Virus record (IMG/VR): IMGVR_UViG_3300028654_000384
Coordinates: 151,858-215,857 of that record
Reading direction: 5' to 3' (one strand)
Length of the DNA stretch: 64,000 nt
A model generated the notes under the pieces. It saw only the letters and a list, made by a program, of their open reading frames with translations, searched no databases and was not told where the DNA came from. This document shows, piece by piece, positions 52,207 through 59,849 of this stretch (position 1 is the stretch's first letter; each line of letters begins with the position of its first letter). Made by a program: the position numbers and the translations under genes.

Positions 52207-52332
52207 TCAGGTGGATTGCACTCACTGTCGTCGCCGGCGCCGGCGCTGCTTTCGCGGCAGGTTGCTGGTGTGGTTGGCAGACAACGCTACGGGTCATCGA
52301 TAGTGTCGAGCGACGAACGAGGCGCATGCCAG

Positions 52333-52635
52333 ATGCAAGCGCTTGACTTCTTCACCGTCTGTGCCGGGGTGAGCCTCATCATCCTGTCCGCGGGCTTCAT
52401 CACTGCACTCATCGTCAAGGCACACAGATCTGCTCGCGTTGATGCACGCGTAGCGGCACCCGTACAACACGAACGTCAACCATTAGAACCCACTGACCCA
52501 CTGGCACGCCGCCTACACGAATTTCAGGAGACGCGCTTTGCCTCTCCCATCGTCAGGCGCCAACTCGAACAGGACGTAGTCCCGATCCGTGATGCATCAA
52601 CGTTGCCGCGACCACCGCGCAGGAGCCCTAAGTGA
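52333..52635 (+). CDS. Single-TM membrane protein
   Basis: FFTVCAGVSLIILSAGFITALIV. Confidence 0.6.
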   Translation: MQALDFFTVCAGVSLIILSAGFITALIVKAHRSARVDARVAAPVQHERQPLEPTDPLARRLHEFQETRFASPIVRRQLEQDVVPIRDASTLPRPPRRSPK

Positions 52636-52862
52636 AGGACGGACCCATCTACGTGTACGATGTTCGGAGCCAGTTCATGGAACCCGTCTTCATCGTCTAC
52701 AATACTGATCACGTCGACGTCTTTGTCAAGGCCTTGGGCCTCGACGACGCCAACCTCCTCGCCTCTAAAGAAAGGCTACATCCGTACGAGGGCAATCGCT
52801 ACAAGAACACGGGTAGCGGCGGATTTTGCCCGCCGCCCAAGGTAAAAGTCAACACTCGCTAG
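52632..52862 (+). CDS. Hypothetical protein
   Basis: AGGAG SD; GTGA coupling. Confidence 0.6.
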   Translation: MKDGPIYVYDVRSQFMEPVFIVYNTDHVDVFVKALGLDDANLLASKERLHPYEGNRYKNTGSGGFCPPPKVKVNTR

Positions 52863-52875
52863 GAGAATCACGCCG

Positions 52876-53178
52876 ATGGCACTGCACCGAGGTACCAAGG
52901 TCGATCGCGGTTACGCCACTGTCGCCGACGATGAGGGCGATAACTACCGTGAGATCGCCGACATGATGACGGAGATGGGTTTCTCGATGAACCATTCGTC
53001 GGCACGCAACTACGTGCTGCGCGTGATGCGGAAGTTCGCCCGAGCCTTCGTCGAGCAGTGGAACATCGCACACGATGATCAGAAGATCGATGAGATTGCC
53101 AAGAATCCGCAATTTCAACACGGCATCGCCGACCTGCTCCAGATCATCGAATCACAGCGCCGCGGGAATGGCGTATAA
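52876..53178 (+). CDS. Stand-alone sigma4-like helix-turn-helix protein
   Basis: GDNYREIADMM..MNHSSARNYVLRVMRKF resembles sigma region 4.2 (SYxEIA..S..TVRSRL.RARxKL); AGGAG SD. Confidence 0.6.
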   Translation: MALHRGTKVDRGYATVADDEGDNYREIADMMTEMGFSMNHSSARNYVLRVMRKFARAFVEQWNIAHDDQKIDEIAKNPQFQHGIADLLQIIESQRRGNGV

Positions 53179-53195
53179 TCAATGAGGGACACCAG

Positions 53196-53657
53196 ATGAG
53201 TAGAGATGGCCGTGGCAACCCAGGAAGGTACGAGCTGAAGAATCAGCCGAAGTTGAAGCTCGTTGACCTGTTGCGTCGCCGCAAGATGACGTTGAAACAA
53301 CTGCTCGATGAGTTTGGCATCTCGACCTATGAGGCCTTGCACATCAGGTGCACCAGGATGGGCATCACTGCACCCACGCAGGCCGAATTTGATGTGGTGA
53401 TGCCGCCCGTCAAGGCTTGGGTCAACAGTGCGCAGGAAGGCGTTGTCGTCGTTGAAGCCCCGCGTGTCGTCGATGAGATCACCGGTCGGCAGATCGATCC
53501 CGATGCGCCCGTCGAGGTACCCTCCGTCACCGTGACGTCGGTGCCCTTCGTGCCCCCGACGCCCATGCCGCCCCCACACTGGGGCGGTGCCCTACCGCCC
53601 ATCGCTGACACACAGAAAAAACAGCGCAGGAAAAAGGATGACCAATCCACTGAGTGA
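53196..53657 (+). CDS. Hypothetical protein
   Basis: GAGGG SD; Pro-rich and basic C-terminus. Confidence 0.65.
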   Translation: MSRDGRGNPGRYELKNQPKLKLVDLLRRRKMTLKQLLDEFGISTYEALHIRCTRMGITAPTQAEFDVVMPPVKAWVNSAQEGVVVVEAPRVVDEITGRQIDPDAPVEVPSVTVTSVPFVPPTPMPPPHWGGALPPIADTQKKQRRKKDDQSTE

Positions 53658-53702
53658 AGTGTAGGCCCTTATGAACGCCCTGAAGCAGGTGGTACTTAGA
53701 TC

Positions 53703-54095
53703 ATGATGGACTTGATCGTCAAGGGACTTTCGACCTGGTTCGCGGATCGCCTGCAAGGCATGCCCTGCACTCCTGAGACGACGGCTTATGTGGCTGGGGT
53801 GCTGGCCAAACGGAGAACCGAGGACGACATGAGCACCGAATCCCTGGTGCTCGCTTATCACGCCGCTTCAATCATCGGCGACTTTGCGGGTTTTCAACGC
53901 ATCGGTGACTACGTGCTGTGGATCGACTCGATCTACCCAGAATTCATCAACGATCACCGCCAAGTCATCGAGACAATCGGTCGCCAATCTTACTCGTCGT
54001 GTCACCGGATCCTCAAGGGCCAGTGGAAAATCTACGATGAACTTGCGCAGACGCTTCCTTTGATTACTGCCACGGTGCGCCAAAAGCTAGTGTAA
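53703..54095 (+). CDS. Hypothetical helical protein
   Basis: TAGATC-ATG start; FQRIGDYVLW..GRQSY. Confidence 0.7.
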   Translation: MMDLIVKGLSTWFADRLQGMPCTPETTAYVAGVLAKRRTEDDMSTESLVLAYHAASIIGDFAGFQRIGDYVLWIDSIYPEFINDHRQVIETIGRQSYSSCHRILKGQWKIYDELAQTLPLITATVRQKLV

Positions 54096-54124
54096 TTCGG
54101 CGCGAGGTATGTGCCTCAGACCGA

Positions 54125-54160
54125 GTGTAAGCTTGGCCGCCACCGAGGTAGATTGAAACA
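54125..54160 (+). promoter_or_regulatory. Phage promoter with SD leader
   Basis: TGTAAG-17-TAGATT; AAGGAG before ATG 54182. Confidence 0.65.
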
Positions 54161-54181
54161 ACCTACCAAGGAGCCTCTCTC

Positions 54182-55390
54182 ATGTCCACGACGTCCATGT
54201 CGATCGCGACCTTCAAGAAAGTCGCCGTCTGCCTGCCCCCGACCCGTTCGATCCTGCTCCGCGCCAATCACGGCGTGGGCAAGAGCAAGGTCATCAGGCA
54301 AGTGTCCACGCTGATCCGCCAGAAACTCCATGCCGACGGGGTCATTGACCTCGCCAAGAATCCGAACGCCTACCCGGTCATCGATCGGCGCGCCGGCCAG
54401 CTCACTGAGGGCGATGTCGTCGGCCTCCCGAGCACCGACGGCAACGTCACCCGCTTCAACCCACCTGACTGGGTCAAGAAAGCGTGCGTCGAGCCCTGCG
54501 TGTTGTTCCTCGATGAGCTTAACCGCGGCACCCAAGAGGTGATGCAGGCGATGTTTCAGATCGTCCTCGATCGGGAACTCAACGGTCACAAGCTGCACCC
54601 GTACACCCGGGTCTACAGCGCCATCAACGCCAGCGCGGCGTACTCTGTCAACGAGATCGACCCGGCGCTGCTCGACCGCTTCTACGTCATCGACCTCGAC
54701 CCCGATGCGACCGAATTCTGTGCCTGGGCGCGTAGCACCGACGCAGAGCAGGGCGGCAACCTCCACTACTTCATCCCCGACTTCATCACCTCGTGCGAAC
54801 AGTGGCTATACCCTGCCAAACAGGCCGAGCCGAGCAGCAAGCAGCCGAGCCCGCGATCGTGGGAAATGGTCAACGAGTCGCTGGTCCACACTGACCTCAT
54901 CGAGGACCCGCAGAACGACATGTTCTACCAGATCAGTCGAGGTTTTGTCGGCAATGAAGCGGCGATCGCCTTTCGCGACTACTGCATGAGCGTCGACAAT
55001 CGCCTGACGGGCGAAGAGATCGTCAACGACCTGGACAAGAAAGCGATCGCAGCTAAGGTGGCGCGCCAGACGCAGGATCGGCAGAACGGCCTCATTGAGA
55101 AGGTCGCTGCCTATGTCACCGACAACTGTGCGACGCTGACTGACAAGCAAGGCAAGAACGTCCACACCTTCATGAAGTCGCTGCCCGATGAGCTCAAGAT
55201 CTCGTTGTGGAGCAAGCTGACGAGCCACGGCATCGACAAGATCGAGCTGGCCAAGAGCATCCACAAGCACTGTGCAGAGACGGTGTTGTCGGTGTTCGGC
55301 GTGCCCATGGGTGAAGCCGGGATTGGCGTCACGCCTAACATACCCGGAGTCTTCAAGGAAAAGGCGAAGGACACCAAGGACACCAAGTAA
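54182..55390 (+). CDS. MoxR-like/dynein-related AAA+ ATPase
   Basis: Walker A ANHGVGKS; LFLDELNRG; AMFQIVLDR; SAIN; DPALLDRF; PSPRSWE. Confidence 0.9.
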   Translation: MSTTSMSIATFKKVAVCLPPTRSILLRANHGVGKSKVIRQVSTLIRQKLHADGVIDLAKNPNAYPVIDRRAGQLTEGDVVGLPSTDGNVTRFNPPDWVKKACVEPCVLFLDELNRGTQEVMQAMFQIVLDRELNGHKLHPYTRVYSAINASAAYSVNEIDPALLDRFYVIDLDPDATEFCAWARSTDAEQGGNLHYFIPDFITSCEQWLYPAKQAEPSSKQPSPRSWEMVNESLVHTDLIEDPQNDMFYQISRGFVGNEAAIAFRDYCMSVDNRLTGEEIVNDLDKKAIAAKVARQTQDRQNGLIEKVAAYVTDNCATLTDKQGKNVHTFMKSLPDELKISLWSKLTSHGIDKIELAKSIHKHCAETVLSVFGVPMGEAGIGVTPNIPGVFKEKAKDTKDTK

Positions 55391-55427
55391 GCGTCCTTCG
55401 ACCATCACACCGACGTCACGGAGAATG

Positions 55428-55817
55428 TCAATGAAACAGGGTCCTCGCAAGAACCTCCGTGACGTCGACCGGGCCATCATTCATACGGTGATGTTCGACC
55501 AGGGCATCATTCCGATGGAGAGGGTCGACAATGACATGCGGCGGGTGCTGGCCCAACTGCCGCCCGGCGAGGCTCGTGCCCTGCGCCGCAAGTTTCGCAA
55601 GCTGTGGCGCCGCGCGCTCAAGCAGCTCACTCAAGGCGCGTCCGAGCGTAATGCGAAGAGGATCGAGACGCTCCACGGCGTCGGCAAGAGCACGCCTTCA
55701 CGCGCGGAGTTCAACGCTCGCAAGCAGCTGGTCTTCGATCGCCTGTGGAGCGATCACATCGAGCCCATGATCAGGAACTTTGAGGCCGGTGCACCCGGCA
55801 AATTTACCCAAACTTAA
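55428..55817 (+). CDS. Basic helical hypothetical protein
   Basis: GGAG SD; LRRKFRKLWRR. Confidence 0.65.
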   Translation, partial: SMKQGPRKNLRDVDRAIIHTVMFDQGIIPMERVDNDMRRVLAQLPPGEARALRRKFRKLWRRALKQLTQGASERNAKRIETLHGVGKSTPSRAEFNARKQLVFDRLWSDHIEPMIRNFEAGAPGKFTQT

Positions 55818-55950
55818 ACTTGGCCTCGGGCGCTCGCCGTTATACGGTGAGGGGCCATAAATAATGTGAACCGCGGGGATGCGCTCCTCCGCCAGTAACA
55901 GGGCCAGCGCAGCCTACAGTCGGCAGTGACTGGCCCACTTTCTGTCCCCA

Positions 55951-55973
55951 CAATTACACCCGGGGTATAATTT
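55951..55973. promoter_or_regulatory. 9-5-9 palindrome, copy 6
   Basis: CAATTACAC-CCGGG-GTATAATTT. Confidence 0.65.
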
Positions 55974-55978
55974 GCCGT

Positions 55979-56056
55979 CAGTGTAACACGGCACGATGTG
56001 CCTACACACAGTGTAAGTTCCCGGACAATCGTGGTAGGATTAGATCATGTTGAAGC
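55979..56056 (+). repeat. 78-bp direct repeat (stem-loop + promoter 56011..56046 + first codons), copy 1
   Basis: Identical to 57522..57600 except a 1-nt indel. Confidence 0.9.
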
Positions 56057-56742
56057 AGAACGTTCAAGACACCTACGTAGCCGATCGTGCCGCTATCGCG
56101 CAGCGCATCCTCACCAGCCCGCTTGCTGCCTACGTGGGTTACTCGGGCGACCTCTATCGCCTCGACAAGCTGCATAACATCGCCCGCGACGGAAAGGCAC
56201 ACACCGGTTACTCATTCCTGTCGGTCGAGTTCAAGAAGGCAGGCACTGAGTGTTCGCTCGAAATTCGTGAAGAGGGATCCGGGTACTCTGGTGGTGTGAC
56301 CACCGACGCCGAAGGCAATGAGTATCACGAGTATACGCTGTCCTGTGCCGTCAACTTTCCCTGCCACGGCAGCACCGCCTGCGGTGCGGTGTTGGCCCGC
56401 CTCGCCTTCTATCAGCAGGTCGCATTGTTGGCCGCCGAGATCGAGGCCGAGTTTGTCGTCAATCGACGTGTCAACTACAAGATGACGCGGACCGCAGCCG
56501 AGGTCGTCGCCGACAACGCGAAGGTGGAAGCCCAGCGCATCGAGCAAGCGTATGCCGGTGTGACACTAAAGTATGGCGCTACCGGACTCCGCGTCGGCAA
56601 AGTGGTCGGTCTCGACCCCGAAGACCTCGGCAACTTGCCAGAAGGCAAGCGCGACGTCGAGACCAGCCGAGGCAAGAAGTTCTCGATCTCGATCAATGCC
56701 GATAATGGCATCAAGGTTGGCCTCATCACCCGCACCGCCTAG
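56047..56742 (+). CDS. Hypothetical protein, leaderless cassette
   Basis: 231 aa ORF at promoter ATG. Confidence 0.75.
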   Translation: MLKQNVQDTYVADRAAIAQRILTSPLAAYVGYSGDLYRLDKLHNIARDGKAHTGYSFLSVEFKKAGTECSLEIREEGSGYSGGVTTDAEGNEYHEYTLSCAVNFPCHGSTACGAVLARLAFYQQVALLAAEIEAEFVVNRRVNYKMTRTAAEVVADNAKVEAQRIEQAYAGVTLKYGATGLRVGKVVGLDPEDLGNLPEGKRDVETSRGKKFSISINADNGIKVGLITRTA

Positions 56743-56748
56743 GCTACC

Positions 56749-57045
56749 GTGCCCGCCTTCGCCACCGACAGCTACCCCGTCGGCACCCTGGTCACGACCC
56801 GCTATGATATGCAGTGCCCGCCACAACGTGCCAGCGTTGAAAAGTCAACTTTCCCAGTGCTGTTCTACGCCTTCATCGTACGGCCCGCGGCGCTGCCCCG
56901 GGGCACTCCGATGATCTATGCGGGGCCCATTCGTGCGGCGACAACGCCTGACCTGCGTGCTGAACGTGAGCACACCTTCATTGCACCCAAGTTCGGCCGT
57001 GTCATCATCTACCATCCCGACGTCAACGTTGAGCTCATACCATGA
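56749..57045 (+). CDS. SH3-like hypothetical protein
   Basis: YPVGTLV..PRGTPMIYAG..KFGRVII. Confidence 0.6.
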   Translation: MPAFATDSYPVGTLVTTRYDMQCPPQRASVEKSTFPVLFYAFIVRPAALPRGTPMIYAGPIRAATTPDLRAEREHTFIAPKFGRVIIYHPDVNVELIP

Positions 57046-57371
57046 CCGTGACCACCAACGAGAGATTAGTGCGCCACGATCGCCTAGTGCTAGGCACCCT
57101 GTGCGGTTACTTTCACCCGGCATCGAGCACTGACGCCGCCCGGGTCGTCACCGTCATCGGTACCTGGGATTGGGACCACAACGCTGTCGGCCATCCACGC
57201 GACCTCACTCGTAAACAGGCGCGCCAGGGCCAAGACCCACGCACCGACGAGAGCGCCCGGGGCTACTTGCTGATGCCGTCGGATGGTTCACCGTGGATCT
57301 TTGCGTTCTTCGGCGCCGTCGCCGAGGGTGACCTGAAGCCCCTGTTTCCCGCGCTGCGCCTCGTCAAGTAA
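57042..57371 (+). CDS. SH3-like hypothetical protein
   Basis: VLGTLC..VTVIG..YLLMPSDGSPW; ATGA coupling. Confidence 0.6.
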   Translation: MTVTTNERLVRHDRLVLGTLCGYFHPASSTDAARVVTVIGTWDWDHNAVGHPRDLTRKQARQGQDPRTDESARGYLLMPSDGSPWIFAFFGAVAEGDLKPLFPALRLVK

Positions 57372-57443
57372 CGAGGTGACTTGGCGGGTGAATTGTTCAC
57401 CCTCGCTTCGGTCACGTGGGCACACGTGTGACGGGATGAAGGC

Positions 57444-57600
57444 AACTACCTTCGCTCGACCGCATTGTCCTAGGGCGGCCTGTGGGATTGGTCGGAATTA
57501 CATCTCGGGTATAATTTTGAGCAGTGTAACACGGCACGATGTGCCTTACACACAGTGTAAGTTCCCGGACAATCGTGGTAGGATTAGATCATGTTGAAGC
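57444..57600 (+). repeat. AACTACCT-N16-TCCTAGGGCGG element, palindrome copy 7 (57495..57517), 79-bp repeat copy 2 with promoter 57555..57590
   Basis: Direct sequence comparison. Confidence 0.85.
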
Positions 57601-57812
57601 TGAAGCCATTGTTTCTCGAGCAGATCTCACCGCTGGCACATCGCCAAGACGTGAGCATGACCGCAGTTATGAACTTCTTGATGACGGTGCAGTACAACGA
57701 GACCATCGACGCCGCGCTCGAGAACCTCAGGAGCGATGCCGCTTCGTACGGGTGGAACGCCGCGACGATCAAGGCGATCCGCGCCGGCATCCACCTCGCT
57801 GCGAAGGTCTAA
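57591..57812 (+). CDS. Hypothetical protein, leaderless cassette
   Basis: ORF at promoter ATG. Confidence 0.7.
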   Translation: MLKLKPLFLEQISPLAHRQDVSMTAVMNFLMTVQYNETIDAALENLRSDAASYGWNAATIKAIRAGIHLAAKV

Positions 57813-57820
57813 ACACGGCA

Positions 57821-57856
57821 GTGAAAGTTCCACTCCGAACCTGGTAGAGTTAGATC
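57821..57856 (+). promoter_or_regulatory. Phage consensus promoter, leaderless
   Basis: TGAAAG-17-TAGAGT-TAGATC-ATG. Confidence 0.75.
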
Positions 57857-58171
57857 ATGTGGACAAAGGCAAGCATTGCACAGTTGCTGCGCACCCACGA
57901 CCATGCCGTCGAACGCGCCATCGTCGCCATCTACGAGCACCAGACGCTGGACGAGAAGGTGGCGCGCCACACGAAGCGCATCAATCCACGTGGCTTTCAT
58001 GCCAACCACACCATCACGGGTTCGTACTACGCCATCTTGGTGCTCGCGGGCCGGCGCTTGGTCGGCTATCACCTCGCCAACGCCCGCAACATCGTCCTGT
58101 GTTACACTACGCAATTGGCCGACAGGGCCAACGCCCGGGCCGCGCGCCTTGCCAAACGAGAAGTAGCATGA
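57857..58171 (+). CDS. Phage hypothetical protein
   Basis: MWTKASIAQLL..AVERAIVAIYEHQT..GF; leaderless. Confidence 0.7.
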   Translation: MWTKASIAQLLRTHDHAVERAIVAIYEHQTLDEKVARHTKRINPRGFHANHTITGSYYAILVLAGRRLVGYHLANARNIVLCYTTQLADRANARAARLAKREVA

Positions 58172-58323
58172 TCACCATCAGTCGTCCCCTGCAATTTGCG
58201 GCAGGTTTTGTCATGGTGTGGTTGCTGTTGATCCGCGCCCTGGTGTGCATCAACAGCCACACCCCTCTGCCTCCTCCGCACGCAGCAAGCACCGTCGTGC
58301 ACCCGCCCTACTACGCTAACTGA
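58168..58323 (+). CDS. Small single-TM protein
   Basis: FAAGFVMVWLLLIRALVC; ATGA coupling. Confidence 0.55.
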   Translation: MITISRPLQFAAGFVMVWLLLIRALVCINSHTPLPPPHAASTVVHPPYYAN

Positions 58324-58330
58324 GGTACCC

Positions 58331-58612
58331 ATGACACTCAAGCGCTTGTTGATGCTGACCGTCTGTCCCGTGCTCCTGTTGTTCCTCATCGTCGCATTGT
58401 TTGTGCTGATCCACTTCACGCAACCGCCTTGTACCTGCAAAGAAGTGATCAACATTCTCCCGCAACATGCTACTCGCGCGTATGTCACCTACCAGTGTAC
58501 CGACAACACCATCAACGTGGGTTCATATCACTGGAGCAATGACTTTACGTGTGCGGGTAAGACGTACCACGTCGGCGACTACATCCCGGGTTACGGAACC
58601 AAGCAGTTCTAA
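58331..58612 (+). CDS. Membrane-anchored small Cys-containing protein
   Basis: Long N-terminal TM; CTC..C..C. Confidence 0.65.
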   Translation: MTLKRLLMLTVCPVLLLFLIVALFVLIHFTQPPCTCKEVINILPQHATRAYVTYQCTDNTINVGSYHWSNDFTCAGKTYHVGDYIPGYGTKQF

Positions 58613-58636
58613 ACCATCATCACCACCGAGACATCC

Positions 58637-58918
58637 ATGAAAAAGCCCACCAAGACGAAGAAGGACCGCACCGTCGGTCTCCACGAGTACCGCTGCGCCG
58701 CGAACCCCGACGAGAAGGCCTTCGCCGATGCGACCGCGCACTGCGATCCGCCAATGTTGGGCTACTTGCTCAACGAACCAGGCTCGCAGTATCAGTATCC
58801 ACTCGACCCGACTGACCGCGACCGATGCGTCGCGGCAACGGTGGTGCAGTGGTTGGGTTCACCCGTCGGCAGGGCATTCTTGAGTGAGCTGGGTTGGGTG
58901 AAGAAGGACGGGCGCTAA
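58637..58918 (+). CDS. Hypothetical protein
   Basis: VAATVVQWLGSPVG..FL motif. Confidence 0.7.
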   Translation: MKKPTKTKKDRTVGLHEYRCAANPDEKAFADATAHCDPPMLGYLLNEPGSQYQYPLDPTDRDRCVAATVVQWLGSPVGRAFLSELGWVKKDGR

Positions 58919-58919
58919 C

Positions 58920-59156
58920 GTGGCCCGAGGCAGGTGGACGGACGCGGCCTTCAAGGACTATCCCAAACGCTACGCCACGCCCGACACGGTGCAGGAAGGC
59001 CAGTGGCTGTGCCATGCGCCGACGAAGACGTGGTTCGAGTTCTACGTGCTGATGGCTGACGGCGTGGCGGTCGGCTTCACTTTCGGTGACAAGGACTTCT
59101 TCAAGCCGCTGGTCGAGTGCTACCACCAGTGGGATCCCAGTGTCGACGCAGCGTGA
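58920..59156 (+). CDS. Hypothetical protein
   Basis: In-line ORF, GC3 bias. Confidence 0.6.
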   Translation: MARGRWTDAAFKDYPKRYATPDTVQEGQWLCHAPTKTWFEFYVLMADGVAVGFTFGDKDFFKPLVECYHQWDPSVDAA

Positions 59157-59370
59157 CCTAAAACCCGGCGACCTGATCGAGTGGGTGTATGAACCCGAGA
59201 ATGTGCTCGTGGCCGCCAATGAACAGCTGTGGTCATCGGTGATGAAGGCTTGGGTGTTCATTGGCGGTGCTCACTTGCTCATTGCCCGTGCCGAAGGCAC
59301 CCTGACGTGGTTGCCCCTCAGTGCACTTGACAAGAGGTTGCTCCACGCGCGCGAGGATGATACAGTGTAA
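59140..59370 (+). CDS. KPGDLIEW family protein (member H), ends in a solitary CRISPR-like repeat
   Basis: LKPGDLIEWVY..EQLWSSV..IGGAHLLIARAEGTLTWLPL..RLLHAREDDTV-stop. Confidence 0.75.
   Translation: MSTQRDLKPGDLIEWVYEPENVLVAANEQLWSSVMKAWVFIGGAHLLIARAEGTLTWLPLSALDKRLLHAREDDTV
59336..59364 (+). CRISPR. Solitary type I-E-like repeat unit
   Basis: GGTTGCTCCACGCGCGCGAGGATGATACA, 28/29 identical to the array repeat. Confidence 0.7.
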
Positions 59371-59400
59371 GTCAACACCTAATCGGGGTATGATCTGATC
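59365..59400 (+). promoter_or_regulatory. Phage consensus promoter, leaderless, abutting the repeat
   Basis: TGTAAG-17-TATGAT-CTGATC-ATG. Confidence 0.75.
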
Positions 59401-59622
59401 ATGGTCGCTAGCAATAGAACAATCACTGACGTCTACCGGGTACTGCAGGTATGGGTGCCCGATCACTTGATCCGCGGCGACATGCTCGAAGGCCTGGCCA
59501 TGGTGACTGGGAACCGCTCATTCACTGAGACCGTCAACAACCTGTTGGAGCTACACAGGAGTTTGCACCCGACGCCCGGTACGCCGCCCGCATCACCCGA
59601 GACCAATGAGATGTGCCCATGA
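59401..59622 (+). CDS. Hypothetical protein, leaderless cassette
   Basis: ORF at promoter ATG. Confidence 0.65.
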   Translation: MVASNRTITDVYRVLQVWVPDHLIRGDMLEGLAMVTGNRSFTETVNNLLELHRSLHPTPGTPPASPETNEMCP

Positions 59623-59849
59623 TCACTGCCCTACCGCTACCTGGCACCCGCCTCAAGTGCACCAGCAACCGCGATCGCCCTGAACTCGTCGAGGGTCAGG
59701 AGTACGTCGTGGTGCCAGAGGTCGCCCTCGACAAGATGCCCATCAACTACAAGCGCTTTCAACCTGACGACTTTCGGTTGATCGCCGTCGGTCAGGGCAG
59801 TCACGCCGTCGGCATCTTTCCCGTCGGCATCTTCGAGGTGGTGCCGTGA
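59619..59849 (+). CDS. Hypothetical protein (PGTRL N-terminus)
   Basis: ATGA coupling. Confidence 0.6.
   Translation: MITALPLPGTRLKCTSNRDRPELVEGQEYVVVPEVALDKMPINYKRFQPDDFRLIAVGQGSHAVGIFPVGIFEVVP

Noticed and set aside
2307-59370. Diversity-generating retroelement as the cause of the variable paralog tails
   Set aside because: No reverse transcriptase in the window, no TR/VR pair, and differences are not adenine-specific.
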